DNA of 32,000 nucleotides from Dickeya dadantii NCPPB 898 (GTDB lineage: Bacteria > Pseudomonadota > Gammaproteobacteria > Enterobacterales > Enterobacteriaceae): NCBI RefSeq assembly GCF_000406145.1, contig NZ_CM001976.1:3155213-3187212 (forward strand), read 5' to 3'. Below the pieces are notes generated by a model. The model was not told where the DNA came from. It did no database searches and saw nothing but the letters and a program-made list of their open reading frames with translations. Below are positions 25,613 through 32,000 of the stretch, one piece after another (positions within the stretch are counted from its first letter, which is position 1; the number at the start of each line of letters is the position of its first letter). Both the position numbers and the translations under genes were made by a program.

Positions 25613-25692
25613 ATAAAAAATTTGACGTCAGACTTCTTATAAAATTTGCAAGGATAGCGTTAGCAACGTTATCCAGGCATTGGAGCAATGCT

Positions 25693-26301
25693 ATGCCATC
25701 ACCCCATCATGAAGACAAGGCGCAGGCCCGGCGTGATCAGATAGTCGCCGCCGCTCGCCGCTGCTTTCGCCAGTCCGGCTTTCACGGCGCCAGCATGGCG
25801 GAGATCGCCGCGCAAGCGCAGCTCAGCGTCGGGCAGATTTACCGCTATTTCGTCAACAAAGACGACATCATTGAGGAGATCGTGCGCCGTATCGTCGATA
25901 TCCGGCTACAGCGCATGACGCTGGAAAATGGCGACCCCCGGCGTTTCGCGCCGCTGCTGGCCCGCCGCCAGTTGCCGATCGCTGGCGTCAGCGACAGCGA
26001 TGATGACGACGACGACAACCAACTGATGCTGGAAGTGGCATCCGAAGCCACCCGTAACCCACGGGTGGCGAGCATCATGCAGGAGACCGAACAGAAAATG
26101 TTTACCCGAGCCAGTACGCTGATGAAACACCGCTTCCCGCACTTTTCTGATGAGGAAATCGCCGCACGCACCGAATTGCTGGCAGTCTTGTGCGAAGGCA
26201 CGACATTCCGCTGTGTGATTCCGCAACGCGCCTCGGTCGCGGTGCTGGAACCGCTGTACCAATCCCTGTTTGACTCACTGTTTCCTGATAAGACACCATG
26301 A
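25693..26301 (+). CDS. TetR/AcrR-family transcriptional repressor
   Basis: N-terminal HTH: RRDQIVAAARRCFRQSGFHGASMAEIAAQAQLSVGQIYRYFVNKDDII. I chose the ATG at 25693 (MPSPHHEDK) with GGAG 7 nt upstream. The longest-ORF start at 25588 would lie inside the palindrome. Confidence 0.85.
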   Translation: MPSPHHEDKAQARRDQIVAAARRCFRQSGFHGASMAEIAAQAQLSVGQIYRYFVNKDDIIEEIVRRIVDIRLQRMTLENGDPRRFAPLLARRQLPIAGVSDSDDDDDDNQLMLEVASEATRNPRVASIMQETEQKMFTRASTLMKHRFPHFSDEEIAARTELLAVLCEGTTFRCVIPQRASVAVLEPLYQSLFDSLFPDKTP

Positions 26302-27500
26302 CTGAAAAACTATCCCGCTCACGACTCGAATACGCCCTGATTCTGGGCTCGCTGGCCGCGCTTGGTCCGTTATGTATCGATCTCTATCTCCCCGCGCTGC
26401 CGCAGATGACCAGCGCGCTCTCCGCCTCGACGGCGGTCACTCAACTCAGCCTGACCGCCGGCCTGCTCGGGCTGGGAGCCGGTCAGTTGATCTTCGGCCC
26501 GCTGAGCGACAAGCTGGGCCGACGCCTGCCGTTGCTGCTGTCGCTGGCGATGCTGCTGCTGACGTCGGTCTGGTGCGCGCTGGCGCAGGATATCGGCCAG
26601 TTAGTCGTCGCCCGGTTGTTGCAAGGCATCGCCGGTGCGGGCGGCGCGGTGCTGTCCCGGGCCATCGCGCGAGATCTGTATGTCGGCCATGCCCTGACCC
26701 GCTTCTTCTCGCTGTTGATGCTGATCAACGGTCTGGCGCCGATCCTCTCGCCGGTACTGGGCGGTCTGTTGCTGAGCATCACCGACTGGCGCGGCATTTT
26801 TGCACTGCTGGCGGTGATTGCCGGCCTGCTGCTGACGATGAGTGTACTGCGGCTGAACGAGACGCTGCCTGCCGAGCGGCGCATCGCCGGCGGGGCCGGC
26901 TCGATGCTGTCGTCGCTGGGCAGTCTGCTGCGGGAACGGGAATTCATGGGGTTGTGTCTGGCGCAGGGATTGTGCGGCGCCGGGATGTTTGCTTACATCG
27001 GCGCCTCGCCATTCGTGCTGCAGGAAGTGTACGGGCTTAGCCCGCAGGCGTTCAGCCTGTGTTTCGCGGTCAACGGCATCGGGCTAATCGCCGCCGGACA
27101 ACTGGCCTCCCACTTTAGCTTGCGTTTTGGCGAACAACGCGTGCTGCGCGCCGGGCTGACTACCGCGGTCATCTCGGCGCTGGTGCTGACGGTGGCCGGC
27201 TTTCTGCACGCGCCGCTCATCGGCATTCTGATCCCACTGTTTTTCGCCATCGCCATGATTGGGATTGTCGGCCCTTGTGCGTCATCGCTGGCGATGCAAA
27301 GTCAGGGCAGCAAGGCGGGCAGCGCGTCGGCGCTGATTGGTCTGAGTATGTTCGCACTTGGTGCGCTAAGCGTGCCGTTTACCGGACTGACAGGCAGCAC
27401 CAGCGCACTGTCGATGGCGCTGGTGATTCTGGGGTGTTACCTGCTGGCCGCCCTTGCCTATCGCATGTTATCGCCGCAGCCGCTCGCCCGAAAAGCGTGA
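26298..27500 (+). CDS. MFS drug-resistance transporter (DHA1, Bcr/CflA family)
   Basis: 400-aa, 12-TM ORF. The N-terminus LGSLAALGPLCIDLYLPALPQM and the motif GPLSDKLGRR are typical of the Bcr/CflA family. The ATG overlaps the tetR stop (ATGA at 26298..26301), implying co-transcription. Confidence 0.8.
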   Translation: MTEKLSRSRLEYALILGSLAALGPLCIDLYLPALPQMTSALSASTAVTQLSLTAGLLGLGAGQLIFGPLSDKLGRRLPLLLSLAMLLLTSVWCALAQDIGQLVVARLLQGIAGAGGAVLSRAIARDLYVGHALTRFFSLLMLINGLAPILSPVLGGLLLSITDWRGIFALLAVIAGLLLTMSVLRLNETLPAERRIAGGAGSMLSSLGSLLREREFMGLCLAQGLCGAGMFAYIGASPFVLQEVYGLSPQAFSLCFAVNGIGLIAAGQLASHFSLRFGEQRVLRAGLTTAVISALVLTVAGFLHAPLIGILIPLFFAIAMIGIVGPCASSLAMQSQGSKAGSASALIGLSMFALGALSVPFTGLTGSTSALSMALVILGCYLLAALAYRMLSPQPLARKA

Positions 27501-27533
27501 GCGGAAAAGAGGCAAGAGAAGAAGACGTGAAAG

Positions 27534-27578
27534 ACATCAACCTTCACGGGTAGGCCCCATAAAGGTTGATGTTTCTTT
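27534..27578 (+). terminator. Hairpin terminator candidate downstream of the MFS gene
   Basis: ACATCAACCTT and AAGGTTGATGT form a perfect 11-bp stem with a 17-nt loop, followed by TTCTTT. A second 9-bp hairpin, AACCCGGGC/GCCCGGGTT (27584..27614), abuts the convergent hydrolase gene. Confidence 0.5.
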
Positions 27579-27619
27579 ACCGGAACCCGGGCCGCATAAC
27601 CTGCAGCCCGGGTTGATTA

Positions 27620-28600
27620 TTACAGCTGACCGTCGGTGTCGTTACCCCCCGTCGGAGCCGTTTGCGTGATAGGTTCACCCAGCGTTTGCTTGAACCAACT
27701 CACGATCTTATTGATGATCACCGGCTGGAACCAGTTAATATCGCCATGACCGGCACCCTCCAGCAGCAGGTACTCCGCTTTGTTGCCGCCAGCTACCAGC
27801 GCTTCATACAGCTGCTTGCTCTGCAACGGTGAAACGACGGTATCCGCGCTGCCGTGCATAATGAGATACGGCGGTTTTTTCCCGTCGATATGCCCCATCG
27901 GGCTGGCATTAAGCGCTTTGACCGGGTCGCTGGTAATGGTGGCGCCGGGGAAATCCCCAAATGCCGTGCCATTGACCAACAACGCTTCCGTTACCGCCGG
28001 CGAATCATGCACTACGAGCAGGTTTTCGGGAAGGCCTTCGCCAATGCTCAACAAATTGGAGATGCCGTACGCCGAAACCACCGCCTGAACATCCGACGAT
28101 TTATCCAGAAAGCGTCCCTTATCAAAGCTACGCAGCCCATTCGTCGCACCGGTCATTTGCGCGACATAACCACCGGCGGAATCACCCAGGACACCAATTC
28201 GGTTCGGGTCAATGCCGTATTCCGCTGCGTGTTCGCGCAAGTAACGCACCGCCGCTTTGGCATCCTCAATCAGTGCCGGGTATTTCTCGGCCACCACACG
28301 ATATTCCGCCGCCGCGACGACAAAACCGGCTTCCGCCAGCGCCATACGCACATCAATGTATTTGGCATACGCAGCGGAAGCGAAGCCACCACCGGGGAAA
28401 TAGACAATCGCCGGTTTAAGTGCCGTCGTACGGGGGACAAGCAACGACATTTGCAACTGCTGTACTTTTTGTATACTTTTAATCTGGGAATAAACGATGT
28501 CATTAATCGCATCAATTTGTTGGCGTACTGGTTTAACACGAATAACCTGTGCGCCTTTAGTATATCCCATCAGATTATTAACACTGGTTGAATTAGCCAT
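27620..28600 (-). CDS. Alpha/beta-fold hydrolase (HSL-like esterase/lipase)
   Basis: 326-aa ORF with the oxyanion-hole motif YFPGGGF, the nucleophile elbow GDSAGG, and the candidate triad residues HGSADTVV (Asp) and GAGHGD (His). No signal peptide is present. GC content is visibly lower than in the neighbouring genes. Confidence 0.75.
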   Translation of the reverse strand: MANSTSVNNLMGYTKGAQVIRVKPVRQQIDAINDIVYSQIKSIQKVQQLQMSLLVPRTTALKPAIVYFPGGGFASAAYAKYIDVRMALAEAGFVVAAAEYRVVAEKYPALIEDAKAAVRYLREHAAEYGIDPNRIGVLGDSAGGYVAQMTGATNGLRSFDKGRFLDKSSDVQAVVSAYGISNLLSIGEGLPENLLVVHDSPAVTEALLVNGTAFGDFPGATITSDPVKALNASPMGHIDGKKPPYLIMHGSADTVVSPLQSKQLYEALVAGGNKAEYLLLEGAGHGDINWFQPVIINKIVSWFKQTLGEPITQTAPTGGNDTDGQL

Positions 28601-29044
28601 AATAAATGAGTCCTTAAATGATTTAGAGAAAATATTTTACAATCACCTGTCAGGCGATAATTCCTGGTGGTCATATTTCACTATTTTCCGAATAACAACC
28701 GGATTGCGCGTTGAATAACGCAATACATCAACTTTTTACGGCAAGGCAAATAACACGTTCTTTTATCACTGCGGAATAACAGCGAAAATAAAAAGACGTA
28801 AAATAAACCGAGTCATAACGCCGGCATGGCGGCAAGTTAAATATGACGACATGTTCAGATAATACCTTTTGAACAACGCCACTATACTTGCCATTCAGAA
28901 TATAAAAAAATCAGGCCTGTTCGTTGGCAGGGGGAAGAACGCCAAATATCGAAAAGAAAACGCTTTATTCTAAAAAAGAAACATAAAAAAGAGATAACGG
29001 AAAAAACAACGTTATATCTCTTTATTTATTGTCTTATTCTTATA

Positions 29045-29074
29045 ATTAATTAATTACAAATGTAATTAATTAAT
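29045..29074. repeat. 30-bp AT-only palindrome in the AT-rich spacer
   Basis: ATTAATTAATTACA-aa-TGTAATTAATTAAT has perfect 14-bp arms. Confidence 0.85.
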
Positions 29075-29097
29075 ATACCCAAAATAATTCGAGTTGC

Positions 29098-29136
29098 AGA
29101 ATAAAACGCGCTGCGTTTTGGACAACACAGCGCGTT
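29098..29136 (-). terminator. Intrinsic terminator candidate downstream of fdhE
   Basis: The minus strand reads AACGCGCUG-(14 nt)-CAGCGCGUU followed by UUAUUCU. It lies ~130 nt after the fdhE stop. Confidence 0.5.
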
Positions 29137-29265
29137 AGTCCATGATGGCAAGATTCATTATGATTCTTGTAACGCGGCGAGGCAGGAACTGACACAAGTC
29201 AGCGATACAACGCCGGCGCTGGCTCCAGAGCACCAGCGCCGTGCCAACAGGCTGGGCTATCCCGC

Positions 29266-30219
29266 CTACTGGCTGCCGTCCGGGAACAGGAATGGGTTGA
29301 TGCTGCTGCGGGAAAAGCCTTCATCTTCCATTTTCACATCCAGCACCAGCGAGGCCAAATCGTCAGCCACCGCTTCCACCCGGTGATCCTTTTCCTGATA
29401 CAACAGTTTTAGGTAAGTACCGCAATCGTCGCAGCTTTCCGCCTTGATGGCGGCGTTCTCATCATCCAGCGACCAGTAGTGCAGTTTGCCCGCCTGCTCG
29501 CAGTTACTGCACTTGACGCGCACCATATGCCATTCGGTTTCGCACAGATTACAGTGCAGGTAGCGCAGGCCGCTGGTGGTGCCAATCTGCACCACGCCGG
29601 AAACCGGCATACTGCCGCACACCGGGCAGAACTGACGATGCTCGCCCTGCTCGGCGTGCGCCCGCCCCGGCAACCGGGTCGCCATCTGCGCCCAGTACAG
29701 TGATAACGCCGCCCAGACGAACGGAGCTTTGTCGTTGTTTTCCGGCGTGAATTGCTGAGCAATCAGCGCGTCCGCCAGCGCATCCCACTGCTGGGCCGGC
29801 ATCTTTTCCAGATTTTCCAACGTGGTCAGTACCTGGCCGCTGGCGGTGGCTTTCAGTTCTTCAATCAACGCCTGCAGCAGCGCATGCCAGTGCGGATCGC
29901 GCGCAAACGTGGCGGCATCCAGCGGCGGGCGTGCGGCGCTGTTTTGCACGCTGCTGTTTTGCACGCTATCGTGCAACAGGCCGGCGAGGTCCTTATCCAG
30001 CGGGTGGTCATGCCGCACTTTTTCCTGCGCCTCCACCACCTCGGCGGCAAACAGCAGGTACTCCGCCAGCGGGTGATCCTGTGCCAGTTGACGCAGGCGC
30101 TCGGCTCGACCGCTGTACAGACTTTTCAGGTTAGCGAACAGCAAGGGAGGAATCGTGCCGATGGTTGAGGTTTTCTCACTGTCGGCCAGTTGCTCCTGCG
30201 GCACAATACGAATACTCAT
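29266..30219 (-). CDS. fdhE: Formate dehydrogenase accessory protein FdhE
   Basis: [11 protein letters not shown]...[16 protein letters not shown]...[81 protein letters not shown]...[12 protein letters not shown]...SSINPFLFP is nearly colinear with E. coli FdhE as I recall it. I chose the start at 30219 rather than the longest ORF (30294). Confidence 0.9.
   Translation of the reverse strand: MSIRIVPQEQLADSEKTSTIGTIPPLLFANLKSLYSGRAERLRQLAQDHPLAEYLLFAAEVVEAQEKVRHDHPLDKDLAGLLHDSVQNSSVQNSAARPPLDAATFARDPHWHALLQALIEELKATASGQVLTTLENLEKMPAQQWDALADALIAQQFTPENNDKAPFVWAALSLYWAQMATRLPGRAHAEQGEHRQFCPVCGSMPVSGVVQIGTTSGLRYLHCNLCETEWHMVRVKCSNCEQAGKLHYWSLDDENAAIKAESCDDCGTYLKLLYQEKDHRVEAVADDLASLVLDVKMEDEGFSRSSINPFLFPDGSQ
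29938..29967 (-). repeat. Perfect 15-bp in-frame tandem duplication inside fdhE
   Basis: GCTGTTTTGCACGCT occurs twice, encoding [10 protein letters not shown] in a linker that is variable relative to E. coli FdhE. Confidence 0.9.
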
Positions 30220-30570
30220 CAGGTGATGTTTCCTGTTTATCCATGTGGAAGAGGCCGTGCGAGTACAACGCCGGCCCCGTTCTGATGCCCTCATGTTAGC
30301 AGGTTATTCCCCACAATAAGGAGTGATTTTCCGAGCCGGGCCCAGGCGTGGCAAACATCAGCCAAACTGGATAGACACGACCGGCTATCGACCGCAATAT
30401 TGGATGACGGTCTTTCGTCGACAGAACTGAGGCTATGCGCTTATTATTTGCGTCGCCGGCACGCGGCGGCGATCCGGCGTACCGGTTCGGGCGTGCGGCG
30501 AAAGGACGCCAGTCATGGATGCGCACAAACAAGGGACACCGCCTGATACGTATACCGATAACTCCGTCTA

Positions 30571-31893
30571 ATGCTGGAAACGACATACATGACCGCAGTT
30601 TATTCTCAGACACCCACACCAGGCGCTATCGCGTCGGTTTACCGCAAAATCACCTGGCGGCTGATCCCGTTCCTGTGCCTGTGCTATCTCGCCGCTTACC
30701 TTGACCGCATCAATATCGGGCTGGCGAAACTGCAGATGGCGAATCAGCTGGCACTCAGCGACGCCGCCTTCGGCCTTGGCGCCGGGCTGTTCTTCGTCGG
30801 CTATATTCTGTTCGAGGTGCCGAGCAACCTGATTCTGCAACGCGTCGGCGCCCGCATCTGGATTGCGCGCATCATGATCAGTTGGGGGCTGCTGTCCGCC
30901 GCAACGATGTTTGTCTCCACCCCGGTTCAGTTCTACGTACTGCGTTTTCTGCTTGGCGCGGCGGAAGCCGGTTTTCTGCCCGGCGTGTTGTACTACCTGA
31001 CGCGCTGGTTTCCCTCCTGGCGGCGCAGTCGCATCATTTCGCTGTTCATGATCGGCCTGCCGCTTTCCAGCGTGGTGGGCGGCCCGCTGTCGGGCTGGAT
31101 CATGTCGCATTTCGATTCAGTCCACGGGCTGCACGGCTGGCAGTGGATGTTTCTGCTGGAGGGACTGCCGAGCGTACTGCTTGGCGTACTGACCCTCTGG
31201 CTGCTGCCGGACGGCGTTGATCAGGCGCGCTGGCTGAGTGAGACGGACAAAGCGCAGGTGCGCGCCGACCTGGCGATTGACGCCCGTGAAGCGCCATATC
31301 TGAAACACCGCTTTCGCGACGGTTTCCTCAACCTGAAAGTCTGGATGCTGGGCGGCATCGATTTCTCGATTCTGTTGTGCGCCTATGCCATGGGGTTCTG
31401 GCTGCCGACCTTCATTAAGAAGGCCGGCGTGGCCGATATCGGGCAGATTGGTTTGCTGACGGCGATCCCCAGCGTCGCGGCGCTGGCAGGAATGGTGATA
31501 CTCGGCGCCAGCTCCGACCGGCTGCGCGAGCGGCGCTGGCACATCATCGTGCCGTTCTGGCTGGGCGCGGCGGCGATGGCGGCCAGTACCCTCTTCACCC
31601 AGAACATCGTGATGACGGTGCTGCTGTTCTCGGCGGCGCAGGCCACCATCATTGGCACCGTGCCGGTGTTCTTCAGCCTGCCCGCCACCTTCCTCACCGG
31701 CACCGCCGCCGCCACCGGCTTTGCGCTGGCCTGCTCGCTGGCGAATATCGCCGGTCTGGTCAGCAACTCAATCATGGGTTTCGCTATGGATCTCACCGGC
31801 AGCGGCAGCAGCGCGCTGTGGTTCTTCGCCTTCTGCCTGCTACTCAGCTCGCTGCTGGTGCTGGCGCTGCCGGCAAAACTAGTAAATCGGTGA
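30571..31893 (+). CDS. MFS transporter, anion:cation symporter (ACS) family (tartrate/hexuronate/galactonate-transporter-like)
   Basis: 440-aa, 12-TM ORF. The N-terminal block RLIPFLCLCYLAAYLDRINIGLAKLQM...LFEVPSNLILQRVGAR is typical of ACS-family carboxylate permeases. The start could instead be the ATG at 30589, and neither has a strong Shine-Dalgarno. The substrate cannot be assigned. Confidence 0.75.
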   Translation: MLETTYMTAVYSQTPTPGAIASVYRKITWRLIPFLCLCYLAAYLDRINIGLAKLQMANQLALSDAAFGLGAGLFFVGYILFEVPSNLILQRVGARIWIARIMISWGLLSAATMFVSTPVQFYVLRFLLGAAEAGFLPGVLYYLTRWFPSWRRSRIISLFMIGLPLSSVVGGPLSGWIMSHFDSVHGLHGWQWMFLLEGLPSVLLGVLTLWLLPDGVDQARWLSETDKAQVRADLAIDAREAPYLKHRFRDGFLNLKVWMLGGIDFSILLCAYAMGFWLPTFIKKAGVADIGQIGLLTAIPSVAALAGMVILGASSDRLRERRWHIIVPFWLGAAAMAASTLFTQNIVMTVLLFSAAQATIIGTVPVFFSLPATFLTGTAAATGFALACSLANIAGLVSNSIMGFAMDLTGSGSSALWFFAFCLLLSSLLVLALPAKLVNR

Positions 31894-32000
31894 GCTGGAT
31901 TAGACCTGGCAACATCATGCCAAAGCGAGAGATTGGGTTACAGATGATGGGCTTACAGCGTCAAAACCGTGCTGAGGCAGGCGACTTCGCCGGGTGAGCC

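Noticed and set aside
25588-25692. Longest-ORF start (25588) for the TetR regulator
   Set aside because: It would begin inside the 26-bp operator palindrome and add 35 non-homologous residues. The ATG at 25693 has a GGAG Shine-Dalgarno and gives a normal TetR N-terminus.
30296-30704. ORFs 30296..30619 (minus strand, 107 aa) and 30435..30704 (plus strand, 89 aa) in the fdhE/MFS intergenic region
   Set aside because: They have no Shine-Dalgarno, an Arg/Pro-rich composition and no motifs, and they overlap the MFS start. They are most likely chance frames. I also could not recognise an fdoI remnant in them.
31917-31998. 26-codon ORF (MPKREIGLQMMGLQRQNRAEAGDFAG) after the MFS gene
   Set aside because: It is too short, has no Shine-Dalgarno and shows no similarity I can recognise. 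The window ends just after it, so the context is missing.
1-32000. Search by eye for transposase, integrase, IS inverted repeats, tRNA/rRNA genes and CRISPR repeat-spacer periodicity, especially around the paralogue array and the esterase islet
   Set aside because: Nothing recognisable was found. No ORF has DDE or tyrosine-recombinase motifs, and no regularly spaced 25-40-bp repeats are present. Any horizontal-transfer claim therefore rests only on composition.

Overview
This looks like a chromosomal segment from a fairly GC-rich enterobacterial genome. That is inferred from protein similarity to Klebsiella and E. coli orthologues, and the species cannot be determined from the sequence alone.

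Gene content, left to right:
- 1..5970: a visibly lower-GC block holding five tandem minus-strand paralogues of a Sec-secreted family. Its core resembles the DUF4163/DUF3298 (RsiV/PdaC-like) fold. Three copies look intact and two are decayed by frameshifts. This is the least explained and most interesting part of the window.
- 6214..6759: an NADPH-dependent FMN reductase gene.
- 6805..19327, minus strand: a complete Klebsiella-type assimilatory nitrate/nitrite cluster, nasR, nasF, nasE, nasD, a 1391-codon ORF, nasA, then a uroporphyrinogen-III methyltransferase gene. The 1391-codon ORF joins a NasC-like flavoprotein to a NirB-NirD-type nitrite reductase. The nasF leader carries a sigma-54 promoter, an ANTAR-type dual hexaloop hairpin and an intrinsic terminator.
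- 19858..25573, minus strand: a tripartite RND efflux operon (adaptor, pump, NodT-type outer-membrane factor). It diverges from a tetR-bcr (MFS) pair across a 26-bp perfect palindrome.
- 27620..28600: a lower-GC alpha/beta-hydrolase gene beside a ~665-bp AT-rich spacer.
- 29266..30219: a stand-alone fdhE.
- 30571..31893: an ACS-family MFS transporter gene.

I recognised no rRNA, tRNA, CRISPR array, transposase or integrase. All functional calls rest on remembered family motifs and manual reading. No database search was possible.
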